DNA of 46,440 nucleotides from Patescibacteria group bacterium. GTDB taxonomy: Bacteria; Patescibacteriota; Microgenomatia; UBA1400; PJMF01. Below the pieces are notes generated by a model. That model was not told the DNA's origin. It saw only the letters and a program-made list of their open reading frames with translations, and searched no databases. Position numbers and translations under genes: made by a program. Below are positions 26,946 through 37,119 of this stretch, one piece after another (positions within the stretch are counted from its first letter, which is position 1; each line of letters begins with the position of its first letter). Location: NCBI GenBank assembly GCA_018816385.1, contig JAHIVK010000041.1:1-46440 (forward strand), read 5' to 3'.

Positions 26946-27992
26946 TTAGCGAAACTTCCGACCACCCATGAGGCTGGTGGGACTCTTGTCTTTGCTCGGT
27001 TTTTTGACCTTAGCTTGACCGAGTTCCAAGTCGCCACTCAACTCTGATTTAATTGGGGTTAATTTGCCCATCACCAAAGGCGCGGTTTTATTAGGCACGG
27101 TTTCACCGATTGGCTGGCTCAAACTGCCACTCAAATTGCCGTTTGAGGTGCCAAGTCGGGCTTGAGGTTTCACCACCCGGCGAGCCCCTTTCTTGAGCAG
27201 GTCGGCCACCACGGCAAAAGTCTCGGCATTAGTGGTGCGTGATTGAAAACAGTTGGTGGCTTGTTCAATGCCAGCCAGCAAATTGGTGGCAACATCAGAA
27301 GAAGTGTCCAAACCCAAATGAGACAGCAACTCGTAAACAGCTTCGGCCGTACTGGAAAAAGTGCTGGTATCAATCTTGACCGTGCCAAAATCAGTTTCAA
27401 AAACATGGAAAGACACCAAGGGCGTGTTGCGATACAGCTCTTCGTAACCAAAATAAAGTTGGTTTAACTTATCCAGCTCGCTCACCCCAAATAAAATTAG
27501 CAGATCTGCTTCTGCTCCTGTCAAAGAGTACTCAACTGTTTTGGGATCAAGCGGCTCGACGCCAACCTTGGGTTTGACAGTCAAATAAAACTTGCCCGCC
27601 TCTTCACCAATGTGGTAACTAATTTTGTCGACTTTTTCTTCTGAATATTCAAAACTGATAGTCAAGCTCTGATGTCCCAGCTCCTGACTCATCATGTCCA
27701 AACCAGTTAACTGGGGTGTATCAAGTCTTGGTTTGGGTGAAGCTAAGCGAATTTGTTTGTGGTGATTGGAGTCGGCCACTGGTTTTTCCTGGGCATCACT
27801 CCCAGACTCCAAACCGGGATTGGCGGTTAGTTGATCGTTTTCCCTGCGAGTAGCACTCAAGACTTGAGCCAAAGCTAAACCAGCGGCTGACTGATCAAAA
27901 CTAGCCTCAACTCCTATGACAATAATGATGTTTTGGGCCGATACGATCAAATTTTTTAGGTGGTTTAATTGGCTGTCATCTATCATCATCAA
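26946..27992 (-). CDS. DHH/NrnA-like phosphoesterase homologue with degenerate active-site motifs
   Basis: ADLLILFGV, FGTVKID...SSTAEAVY and ATNLLAGI...T..FQ...T.AETF...A.L...GA pattern; the DHH triad position reads SFH. Confidence 0.72.
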   Translation of the reverse strand: MMMIDDSQLNHLKNLIVSAQNIIIVIGVEASFDQSAAGLALAQVLSATRRENDQLTANPGLESGSDAQEKPVADSNHHKQIRLASPKPRLDTPQLTGLDMMSQELGHQSLTISFEYSEEKVDKISYHIGEEAGKFYLTVKPKVGVEPLDPKTVEYSLTGAEADLLILFGVSELDKLNQLYFGYEELYRNTPLVSFHVFETDFGTVKIDTSTFSSTAEAVYELLSHLGLDTSSDVATNLLAGIEQATNCFQSRTTNAETFAVVADLLKKGARRVVKPQARLGTSNGNLSGSLSQPIGETVPNKTAPLVMGKLTPIKSELSGDLELGQAKVKKPSKDKSPTSLMGGRKFR

Positions 27993-28112
27993 TAACCATC
28001 ATACTATAATTTCCAGTAACAAAAATAGGCAAATAAGCTCGATAAATGGTAACAAATATCATTAAAGATTCTAGTGCGAAGTTGCACCAAGCCTGCTACA
28101 ATACCAAATTAG

Positions 28113-29876
28113 ATGAAACGATTATTAACCATTTCGTTAATTTTTTTGGTTGGTTTTGTTGTCACCATGCAACTGGCTAATTGGTCACCGGTTTTGGCTC
28201 AAACAGCTCCCTCGCCTCCCTTACCTCCTGGCGCCTTGCCCGATGATACGGCCGATGTTTATGGCTTTAAGTTCACCGAAGAAGAACAGGCCTCTTATTT
28301 TGACGCCGTCCAAAATTGTGACACACCATCACTCGAGTGTTTGGTGCATCATGTGACTCGCTTTTCTGCCATGGAGTGGATTTACAATATTTTGGGCACT
28401 GAACATCGAACATCTTTGGGAGCTGATGCTGGCTCTACTGGCACTCCCCAAGTCGCCCAAGCAGGCGGAGGCATTATTGGGGGCTTAGGATATTTAATGG
28501 GTGTCATGTACGCCAATCCCGTGGCCAGTTCCACAACTTATGTGGCTGATGTGTTAAATTCAGCTCATATTGCCACCCCCGCTTACGCTCAAGGCTTAGG
28601 TTTTGCTTCTTTAGACCCCATTTTGCCTCTCTGGAAAAACTTTAGGAATCTAGCTTATTTATTCTTTGTGGTGATTTTTATTGTCATCGGCTTCATGATT
28701 ATGTTTAGATCAAAAATTGGCGGTCAAACTGCAGTTACAGCTCAACAGGCTATTCCTCAAGTGGTTATCTCACTGTTGTTTGTAACCTTTAGCTATGCAG
28801 TGGCTGGTTTACTGATTGATGCTATGTATATTGTGATGATTTTGCTACTTGGTATTTTTGGTGAAACGTTTGGAGAAGGCAATTCCAACATCTTAAGTTA
28901 TAACATCCTAAACTTGTTTGGTGTGCTCTGGAAAGCTGGACCAGCCAATATAGGTCGAAACATGGACATTGCCGGTACATTCCTTGAGGGATTTGCTGGT
29001 GATACCGGAGCTGTGGGTACGGTTTTGGGCTTCCTAACTGGTTTAATGTTAACTTTGCTTTTGGCAGTAGCGGTTTTAATTGGCTCAGTCCGACTCTTTT
29101 TTGAACTGCTCAAGTCCTATGCATCAATCGTTCTAAGTGTGGTGACTTCACCCATTATTCTGATGACGGGAGCTATTCCAGGCAAAAATGTGTTTGTGCC
29201 TTGGGTTAAAGACTTAATTGGCAACTTACTACCCTTCCCTACAGTCTTGCTGGTGGTAATTATGTTTTATCAATTCACCGCTATGGGCTCTAGAACCCAG
29301 GGTGGTTTTAACCCACCATTTTTACTCAACAATTCGGACACCGGAGCCTTAAGTGCCTTGATGGGTTTAGCCATCATTCTGTCTCTGCCGGATATTGTGA
29401 AAAAAATCAAAGAGCCATTAGTCAATAAGGATGGATTGGGTCTATGGTTAGCCAGTACTGCTGGTAAAAATCTTGGTCGTAGCGCTGATTATGGCTTACC
29501 TTTTGCCACATCTATTGGGGGCACAGTTGGAAGTGGCGCACTTGGTGCCGGAGCCCACTTACTTAATCGACAGGAACCGAAAACTTGGAGAAGCATCAAG
29601 GATGCTGCTCTCAGAGGATCTGCTGTCAAGGACAGAGAGGGTAATATTTTAAGTTACAGAGGTGGCGCATTAAGCCAAGGAGATGATAGAAGTAAGGGTG
29701 GACTATCTCGTGGCTGGCAAACTGGGCAAAATATGCGAAAAACTATTGATGATATTCGAGATGGCAGACTCTTTCAACCTGATAATACAAGAAGGCTATT
29801 GGAGAGAATTGCTGGAGGTAAAGAGAAAGATGAAACACCTTCACCAGGTTCCGGCAATCCACCAGCCTCATCTTAG
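28113..29876 (+). CDS. VirB6/TrbL-like polytopic membrane protein of the CPR T4SS-like locus
   Basis: Signal peptide, WKNFRNLAYLFFVVIFIVIGFMIMFR, multiple TM helices; genomic context. Confidence 0.68.
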   Translation: MKRLLTISLIFLVGFVVTMQLANWSPVLAQTAPSPPLPPGALPDDTADVYGFKFTEEEQASYFDAVQNCDTPSLECLVHHVTRFSAMEWIYNILGTEHRTSLGADAGSTGTPQVAQAGGGIIGGLGYLMGVMYANPVASSTTYVADVLNSAHIATPAYAQGLGFASLDPILPLWKNFRNLAYLFFVVIFIVIGFMIMFRSKIGGQTAVTAQQAIPQVVISLLFVTFSYAVAGLLIDAMYIVMILLLGIFGETFGEGNSNILSYNILNLFGVLWKAGPANIGRNMDIAGTFLEGFAGDTGAVGTVLGFLTGLMLTLLLAVAVLIGSVRLFFELLKSYASIVLSVVTSPIILMTGAIPGKNVFVPWVKDLIGNLLPFPTVLLVVIMFYQFTAMGSRTQGGFNPPFLLNNSDTGALSALMGLAIILSLPDIVKKIKEPLVNKDGLGLWLASTAGKNLGRSADYGLPFATSIGGTVGSGALGAGAHLLNRQEPKTWRSIKDAALRGSAVKDREGNILSYRGGALSQGDDRSKGGLSRGWQTGQNMRKTIDDIRDGRLFQPDNTRRLLERIAGGKEKDETPSPGSGNPPASS

Positions 29877-32443
29877 TGGCTGTCCTTGCCTCCCTGTTCA
29901 TCAATTCGTACCATTGATTTCACCCTGCTAACTCCAGGGTCAGGAATTGCCACTAAACCGTCTACAATCTTTCTGTATTTTTTATATTCTTCTTGCGTTT
30001 GCCCAGCTGGTAACAAATGAGATATGACTGGAGCCGGAATGCTCATTTTCTTTTCCTTATAAATACAATCTGCATATATTTTTCTATTACCTCTTCTTAA
30101 ATATTTAGGATCTTTGAAACAATCGCCCATTCTCGTTCCATTTGTACCATTGGAAATAGCTCTGATAGCTCCATCAATTTGGTCTGTAAACGATTCTAAG
30201 CCTCCTCCCGACTTATATGTACCTCTTAGTCTCTCAACTATCTCCTTATGAATGTAGGTCTTTCTTTGTTCACTTACGGCCAAGCGAGCGATAACTCTAA
30301 GTAAAAACCAAGTCAAAAGAGGTTGGAGTGCTTTCTGATGATTTCCTGGAAACAACTTCATTCTATCGGGTCCACCTTTAACAAAGGTATCAAGCAATCC
30401 CATTTCTTTGCCATCATCGCCTTTGGCATAGCTTTCAAACAACATTTCTTCTGTAATTTTTTGAGGCAAATCACCCAAAACTAACAACAACATGTCTTTC
30501 CATGCCGAAAGAGCTAACTGATAATTGTCAGTTGTCCAAACTGACTTAATTTCATCACCATCACCAGGATCGGTTTCAGGACCTCTGTATTTTCCCCTTG
30601 TGGTCACAGTTCCCAATTCTTGATACTCTCCTGCTCGGTTAAATCCCCAAACCTCATTGCCAAAAACCAGCATTTCTCCTTTTTGTAAAGTTAAAAAGCC
30701 GAACGTATCTGGGAAAGTTGGTTCCAAAATTGATGAAGGGGGAATACCATTTGCCTCACCACTAAACGAATCGGTAGGATAATAACACTCTTGCTGAAGT
30801 TTGAGTTTATCTCGAATTTTTTCCAGTTGTTTATGATATTCTGGTTGCCCATTTCTACCATAATTTCTTGGAACTTCTGATTGAACAACTAGCCACCATG
30901 CAGACCAATCACTTAAAATATTATACCTCTGTATTCTGTGAACCGTAGCAGCATCAGGACGTGAAAGCCAAATCCAATCATCTTCTTTGACTGTCGTGCC
31001 GTGGATGCGAGTTGTCGTTTGGGTTTGTCGTTCAGCCAATGACACCGAAAGCAAATCAAAGAGTAAGAAAAGGTTGAGGGTTAATTTTAGTATCCGATCA
31101 ATTTTCTTGCCTCTTTCATCTTCATTGAGATCTTGATACAAATTTAACATCATTGTATTTCTATAGTGATCACTAATATAATTATCTATTAATGAGCGAC
31201 CCTCGCCAGAACCACAAAGATATTCATAATTTTTTCTGTCGTATTTTGAAAATTCCCTATTTTTTTTGTCTGCAACTTTTTCTATGATTTCTTGTAAAAT
31301 TTTTCTAACGTATTCACCATAGATCGGATGAAAAGTTGTGACCTGAAGCAATTGCTCTCTTTCAAGTTTTCGATGACTCCTGCCTTCTTTTCCGGTCAGT
31401 TCTGGAAAAAGCTTGCTGTGAACACAGCTTGGAACTTGACCCTCTTCTTCGTTGATTTCTTTCGCCCAATGAACCTGAGCGTATACCCACCATTCCAATT
31501 TGTACTGCCTCACCTCAGAAGTGTCTCTTGAATTGACACCAAATCTGTTATGAAACTCTGTCCAAAGATCTCTACGATACTGAGATCCGCCTGGATCAAC
31601 GTAAACAGTACTAGTAGCTGCGGGATCTACTCCCTGCCTCATCATTTCTTCAACCAAATCTTCATCAGAAAGATCGTCTATGTTTCTCTCTGCATTGCGA
31701 TTTATATCTGGTGGCGGCGCTATTGGCGGAGCTTGAGGAGGCTGAGGAATCTGTGGAGCCTGAAGTCTAGCTCTTAGAGCTCTAATTATTACTAGTATTC
31801 TATCTCTAGTTGTAGCATCCAGGGTTTGAAATTCAGCTCTTCTTTGACGAACTAATTGTTCTAGTTCATCTTTAGCTGATTCTGGACTAAAAAAACCACT
31901 GTCAAGACTGATTCTAATATTTTCAAGTTCTTGTTCAAAATCTGGACCAGTGGGAGGTTCGGCTTCCACAGGTGGCGCAGGTGGCTCGGGTGGTGGAGGA
32001 GGTCCGCCACCGGTTGGATCTGGCGAGTTTACAACGGGTGGGGCTACTATATCTGGTGGCGGAGGTGTGTTTCCTGAACCAGCGCCCGTCTTGCTTTTAA
32101 TTTCTCGATTAACTCTGTCCACAGTATTCTGCACAGCTACTCTTAATCTAGTTACGTCGTTACCCGTTGTTACGCTCAACGAAGTCAACATTTCAAGATC
32201 TAAAGTAATATTTAAAATTTTATCTTCAATATCGTCTAAATAGTCTTGAGGTAATTCACCCACATGAGCTTTGATATAAGGAATAACCTTGTTTATAAAC
32301 TCACCCATGACAGTAGATATTTTTGGAATTAAAGCAATAATTTCTCGATTAGCTGCACTTCTATCGTCAGCGCTTGGCTCTCTACCTCCTGTTGAAGATG
32401 GCGGAGTGGCATCGGGTTGACCTGACGGATTTCTTTCACTCAT
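29873..32443 (-). CDS. Hypothetical 856-aa protein with a Pro-rich N-terminal region
   Basis: Long ORF; no recognisable motif, signal peptide or clear TM. Confidence 0.75.
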   Translation of the reverse strand: MSERNPSGQPDATPPSSTGGREPSADDRSAANREIIALIPKISTVMGEFINKVIPYIKAHVGELPQDYLDDIEDKILNITLDLEMLTSLSVTTGNDVTRLRVAVQNTVDRVNREIKSKTGAGSGNTPPPPDIVAPPVVNSPDPTGGGPPPPPEPPAPPVEAEPPTGPDFEQELENIRISLDSGFFSPESAKDELEQLVRQRRAEFQTLDATTRDRILVIIRALRARLQAPQIPQPPQAPPIAPPPDINRNAERNIDDLSDEDLVEEMMRQGVDPAATSTVYVDPGGSQYRRDLWTEFHNRFGVNSRDTSEVRQYKLEWWVYAQVHWAKEINEEEGQVPSCVHSKLFPELTGKEGRSHRKLEREQLLQVTTFHPIYGEYVRKILQEIIEKVADKKNREFSKYDRKNYEYLCGSGEGRSLIDNYISDHYRNTMMLNLYQDLNEDERGKKIDRILKLTLNLFLLFDLLSVSLAERQTQTTTRIHGTTVKEDDWIWLSRPDAATVHRIQRYNILSDWSAWWLVVQSEVPRNYGRNGQPEYHKQLEKIRDKLKLQQECYYPTDSFSGEANGIPPSSILEPTFPDTFGFLTLQKGEMLVFGNEVWGFNRAGEYQELGTVTTRGKYRGPETDPGDGDEIKSVWTTDNYQLALSAWKDMLLLVLGDLPQKITEEMLFESYAKGDDGKEMGLLDTFVKGGPDRMKLFPGNHQKALQPLLTWFLLRVIARLAVSEQRKTYIHKEIVERLRGTYKSGGGLESFTDQIDGAIRAISNGTNGTRMGDCFKDPKYLRRGNRKIYADCIYKEKKMSIPAPVISHLLPAGQTQEEYKKYRKIVDGLVAIPDPGVSRVKSMVRIDEQGGKDSH

Positions 32444-32542
32444 AAGTCAGTGCAAATTATATCACCCTGATCTGAATCCGCATAGAATTGCTTCAAAAAT
32501 TTAGACTAATTTTTGGCTGGTCTTCCCGCTATAATAAGAGTT

Positions 32543-35500
32543 GTGGCAAATGATTATTTCCAACCTCCAGATGGGTCGGACGATTCTGGCGTGCAGACGG
32601 CGGGCGGTCCGCCCGCTTTTGGTTTAGGCGATCAAGCCTCGACTACAGACGGTGGTCCATCTCCCTTGCCCACAACCGTTCAAGAGCCACCGGTCATGGG
32701 TGAGCAAAACCCAGATCCAAGTGGCAATCCACCCAAATTTATTGGAGCCAACCTTTCTCAAATCAAAGACATCAAGCAACTCAATCTCCAAGATTTTAAT
32801 GCCGATCAGCTGGGGGAATTTTTGCTGACAGTTGACCACATCTTTGATCCCAAGTTAGGTTTAAGACACGACCAAACTGCCATTTTTAAAACCATTAGAC
32901 AGGGTCAAAAATCATTTTTGATTTTTGACCCCAAAAACCCCCAACCAGCCCAAAAAAATCGGGATAGTTATTTATTCCCCAGCGACTTAGCTAGATTTCT
33001 AATTCAAACAGCAGAGAAAACCCAACTCCTAGTTTTGGCTATTGAAGCACCCAATCCCCCAACCGGCTTAACTCAATATCAAACCCAAAACTGGCAGTAC
33101 TACGTCCGTCAGTGGGGTCATACTTTAGAAGTCAAACAAGAGTCTGATGATGATGTAGTTGATGAGCTGAGTCTTCTATCTTCAGTTTCTTTGAGCCAAC
33201 AAGAAACTTTAATCAATTTACTCAATCAGGCATACAGCTTTATTCAAGGTCGGCAGGCCGAGGTCAAAGCTGGCAAAACTGGAGATGCAGAAATTGTCAT
33301 TAAAAAACCCACTTCCGACGCCATTATTGGCGGTGGTAAAACCAGCCATGGTCCGGGCAAACCTGCATCAGAAGAAACGGGTGAAGCTGGTGCAGAAACT
33401 CAAACTCAAGACACTACTCCCGCCAGCGAGACTGTAAAAACCGCGGATGCCACGGTCAAACGCCAACTGACAAAAGTTGTGTCTTATGAAACCGCCTGGG
33501 TCTACAATCGCCTGCTGTTTGAACTTTTTACCAAGCAGGGTATTGATCCGGATCAAGTTGACCCTTTGCTACTCAGTGGGCTGTATCGGTCTGCCAGCCA
33601 TGAGTTGTGGAAGCAAACTCCCTCTGAACTAGCCCGACTCTTTGCCAGTCCTAGCGCTAGACAAGTCGCACTGCAGTTGGTCTATGAAGCCATTGCTCAG
33701 GATCCTAAATTGACGTCGCTGATTTACTTCACATATACTCAATTTAAAGCTAATCAGACCTTGAATTTGGATGTTGATCTGGATGATTTTGAGGCTGATG
33801 TACCTGTCAACTTTGACCAACAGCTTGAAGACGAGCTCCTGAATGCTGAAGATTCACCAGACAAAGTATTTGAAGTCCAGTTGGATGAACTACTCAGACA
33901 AGTTGGCGGTGTTTCGGACAATTTATCTCCCGATGTTAATCCCCTAATTATCAATGCCAAAGATCAAGTCGAATTTCTGTTGAGAACCTTTGGTGTCAGC
34001 CCTAAAGACTTAGTTCCAGACCGAGTTTTTAAACCAGATGTAGCAGTAGAGGCAGTCGAGTTAACCAGAGCCTTAGCCGTGATTGATAGTTTAAGCATTA
34101 GACAGCTTTGGCAAACTATCTTCCCCCAGCTGGACGTTAAAAAAATTGCTGGCGTTGATATAGAGCGCAAAAGACTAGAAATAGACGCCCGGTTTGCTCC
34201 GTTTAAAATCAAGCTCCAAGCTTTGATTAAAAGTTATTTAAAAGTCAGAGCCTCAGAGTTGAGTCTGGAAAACCAAACCTGGCAAGCCGATCAAGTTCCA
34301 GTTCCAGAAGAAGTGGCGGAAGAGGTGGTTAAAGAAGCCGAAGCCCAACCCAAGCTGCCCCCCCACACCTTGGGTCAACTAAATTTTATCTCTTTGAGTT
34401 CCAACTCCAGAGCTCAAGAGGAAGAAGATGAAATAAACTCCAAGCGTAGTCCTAGACTGAGCAGAAGAGGTGGAGAGAAAGATGCAGAGGAAGACACCGG
34501 GGGTCGTCAAAAAAGAAGCGGTCACGGTTTTGATATTAATCACAAAAAATTAGCTGGTTACATTGCTCAATATCAAAGAGCTTGGGAGTTTTTACCCTTT
34601 TATGTCAAGCTGGTGGCTTATGAAAAATCTGGACTGTTAGATACCACGCCACTGCCCAAAAGCTACACTAAGGAAAAATTGCTGGAGCTAACTGCTCCTC
34701 AACTGGATGAATTAATCCGTCAGCAGGGTGATTTTTTAGTCTTTCATGAAGCCGTCTTCTTTAGGGCTCCGCTGGAAGGTGTGATGGCGGAGGCCAGGAA
34801 ACTTTCTAGACGAAACAGGGATGACAAAGGGGTACGCGAGGATGACATAGTTAGCCCTCAAGCCCAAACAGCCATCAGAGAGGCAGAAATAGCTCGGGGA
34901 GATTTTGTGTTGGCCATGGCCAAAGAGCAAGAATTTGAAGCGGAAAGACAGGCCAGAGTTCAGACCTATATCAAACAACTGGGCGCTCAAAGACGGGCGC
35001 AAATTCTGGCAGTGGCCAAAGCTCAAGTTGTGGCTCAAATTCAAGAGCAACAAGCGACCATTCAAGCTCACCGAGTGGCTTTGATGATATATCTGGCTGA
35101 AACCGGTCAACAACTGGCCGAAATCGAAGCCATGGAGTTTGAAGCTCAATATCAAGAACTGGTGAGTCAACAACAAGCCACGGACGGGGCAGAGTTAGGT
35201 GACCTTTCCATTAATGACATTGTGTCTGCTGATGCGGGTTTAGACGCCAGTCAAGGTTCTCAAAAACTATCTTTGGGTGAACGCCTGCGCAGAAAAGGGG
35301 CTGGTTCAGCCAATGCTAGAGCTCAAAAAATGATGGCGCAAGTAGCCCAAAAAAAGATGGGTGAGGAAGTGGCGCTCAAAATGCTGTCTCAAGCTGGCTG
35401 GCAAGGCAAGGCGGCAGCTTTCGCCATTAAGCATCGCAAAAAAATTGCGACTATTTGGGGCGGAACCATTGGTGGTTTGACCGCCTTCATTCTTGGCCAG

Positions 35501-37117
35501 ATCATGAAATACGGCAAGGTGGCTTTGAATGGAGCCATCGCCGGTGGTTTGGGAGGTGGTATTGGTGGAGCTATTTTGGGTGCCAAAGCTGGAGCTTTTG
35601 TGGGGGCATTTTTTGGAGGCATTGGGGCTCCGATTGGGGCTGTGATTGGTGGGGTTGTGGGCGGTATTACTGGCTTGGCGGCTGGCGGAGCTTTAGGTGC
35701 ATTTGGAGCTGTCAAAATAGCTCAAGCTGGTGGTATCTCAATTGGTCCGCCGCTCAAATCGGCCATCCAAACCGTGGGTCAAGCCATTAATCCATCCTCA
35801 CCCAGTGTTCTACCTCAAACCGGATCGGCTATTGATCCATCAGCTACATCGTCAGAAATGCTGGGCAGAACTGGTGGTGAATCAACTACTCAGGCCGGCA
35901 ACACTTTGTCTCAAACTGGTGCCACTCCAGCCCAAGCAGGTTCAACTTCAATTCAAACTGGTACCACTCCAGCTCAAGTCAGCGCCTACAATCAGGCCCT
36001 GCGAGCCAGTGCCACCAATTCTCTGGCTTCATCGCTGGCCGAGGCGGCGGCTAAAGCCCAAGCCGCAGGAGCTTGGGCAGTGGGCAGTGGCATTGCGGTC
36101 AGTTCAACTTTAATTATGGTTGGTTTAATGGTCATGACTTCCGTCTACACCATGTACGTGATTTTTTCTGCTTTTTTAGTCCCCTTGCCCGTGGGTAATT
36201 CCGGCGATAGAAATACATCAGAATCCAAGTACTTAAGCTTAACCAAAGTCGCCAGCCCGACTCAACTGGAAAACAGTCCCAGTGACACCACCATTACCTA
36301 TACAGTGACTGTCAAGCCCAAGCCAGGCTACATTATAGAAATTACCGAACTGTCCGATACTTTTTCATATCAATCTGGAGCTGAAGTCAACTCTCCACCA
36401 ACTCGCAATCCCAACCTGTCTCCCCTCACCATTGGTGACATTATTTTTGACCCGACCGTAGCTGATCCAGCCGACTATGACCCCATGATCAGTCAAATTA
36501 AAATCACTCAATATGAGGTCACACTATCTGGAGGTACCAACACTCAAGTTCAGAATCAACTGTCCATCACTTTTAATGCCTACGCCGCCAACGACCCAAC
36601 TGCCAAAGTGGCCACCGAAACCCAAACTACCATGGCGACCGTTAACATTGGCGATCCTCAAGTTAACTGCTGGCCGGTCTCAGGCACTATTACTCAATTA
36701 CCGTGGGGGAGTTTTTCTCACTCCAATTCTGATGCTTATGACATTGCCGCCCCCATTGGTTCAGATGTCAGAGCTCCTTTTGCTGGAACGCTGTTACCTG
36801 CTAACGTCAACAAAACTACTTATGGCCCCTACCCTGTCTACCTACGCTTTGATGTAAATGGACAAGCGCGAACGCTATTGTTTGGTCACTTAGTGTCTGC
36901 CAATGTTAATTCAACTAATACTGCTGGCATCAGCGTCAGTGTTGGAGATATGATTGGTCAAGTTGGCAACGGAGGTAGTTCGACCGGGCCTCATCTTCAT
37001 TACGCCTTAGTCGGCAGTAGTAAAATTGGCTCTGGTCTTAAACTTAAAGACTTGATTCCTGTCCGAGATGTGAATATTGCTATTGGCGCATCCATATATA
37101 CTTGTTTAAATAGGTAA
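32543..37117 (+). CDS. Very large membrane protein: acidic/coiled-coil N-terminus, glycine zipper, TM, Ig-like domain and C-terminal M23 peptidase
   Basis: WPVSGTITQ, SH....YDIAAPIGSDVRAP and GSSTGPHLHY (M23 zinc ligands); GxxxG repeats at about 35450-35730; GTG 32543 preferred as start over TTG 32513. Confidence 0.8.
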   Translation: MANDYFQPPDGSDDSGVQTAGGPPAFGLGDQASTTDGGPSPLPTTVQEPPVMGEQNPDPSGNPPKFIGANLSQIKDIKQLNLQDFNADQLGEFLLTVDHIFDPKLGLRHDQTAIFKTIRQGQKSFLIFDPKNPQPAQKNRDSYLFPSDLARFLIQTAEKTQLLVLAIEAPNPPTGLTQYQTQNWQYYVRQWGHTLEVKQESDDDVVDELSLLSSVSLSQQETLINLLNQAYSFIQGRQAEVKAGKTGDAEIVIKKPTSDAIIGGGKTSHGPGKPASEETGEAGAETQTQDTTPASETVKTADATVKRQLTKVVSYETAWVYNRLLFELFTKQGIDPDQVDPLLLSGLYRSASHELWKQTPSELARLFASPSARQVALQLVYEAIAQDPKLTSLIYFTYTQFKANQTLNLDVDLDDFEADVPVNFDQQLEDELLNAEDSPDKVFEVQLDELLRQVGGVSDNLSPDVNPLIINAKDQVEFLLRTFGVSPKDLVPDRVFKPDVAVEAVELTRALAVIDSLSIRQLWQTIFPQLDVKKIAGVDIERKRLEIDARFAPFKIKLQALIKSYLKVRASELSLENQTWQADQVPVPEEVAEEVVKEAEAQPKLPPHTLGQLNFISLSSNSRAQEEEDEINSKRSPRLSRRGGEKDAEEDTGGRQKRSGHGFDINHKKLAGYIAQYQRAWEFLPFYVKLVAYEKSGLLDTTPLPKSYTKEKLLELTAPQLDELIRQQGDFLVFHEAVFFRAPLEGVMAEARKLSRRNRDDKGVREDDIVSPQAQTAIREAEIARGDFVLAMAKEQEFEAERQARVQTYIKQLGAQRRAQILAVAKAQVVAQIQEQQATIQAHRVALMIYLAETGQQLAEIEAMEFEAQYQELVSQQQATDGAELGDLSINDIVSADAGLDASQGSQKLSLGERLRRKGAGSANARAQKMMAQVAQKKMGEEVALKMLSQAGWQGKAAAFAIKHRKKIATIWGGTIGGLTAFILGQIMKYGKVALNGAIAGGLGGGIGGAILGAKAGAFVGAFFGGIGAPIGAVIGGVVGGITGLAAGGALGAFGAVKIAQAGGISIGPPLKSAIQTVGQAINPSSPSVLPQTGSAIDPSATSSEMLGRTGGESTTQAGNTLSQTGATPAQAGSTSIQTGTTPAQVSAYNQALRASATNSLASSLAEAAAKAQAAGAWAVGSGIAVSSTLIMVGLMVMTSVYTMYVIFSAFLVPLPVGNSGDRNTSESKYLSLTKVASPTQLENSPSDTTITYTVTVKPKPGYIIEITELSDTFSYQSGAEVNSPPTRNPNLSPLTIGDIIFDPTVADPADYDPMISQIKITQYEVTLSGGTNTQVQNQLSITFNAYAANDPTAKVATETQTTMATVNIGDPQVNCWPVSGTITQLPWGSFSHSNSDAYDIAAPIGSDVRAPFAGTLLPANVNKTTYGPYPVYLRFDVNGQARTLLFGHLVSANVNSTNTAGISVSVGDMIGQVGNGGSSTGPHLHYALVGSSKIGSGLKLKDLIPVRDVNIAIGASIYTCLNR

Positions 37118-37119
37118 CA

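Noticed and set aside
35809..35823. LPQTG as a sortase motif in the 1534-aa protein
   Set aside because: Internal, not followed directly by a TM and basic tail; resembles the nearby Q(A/T)G repeat linker
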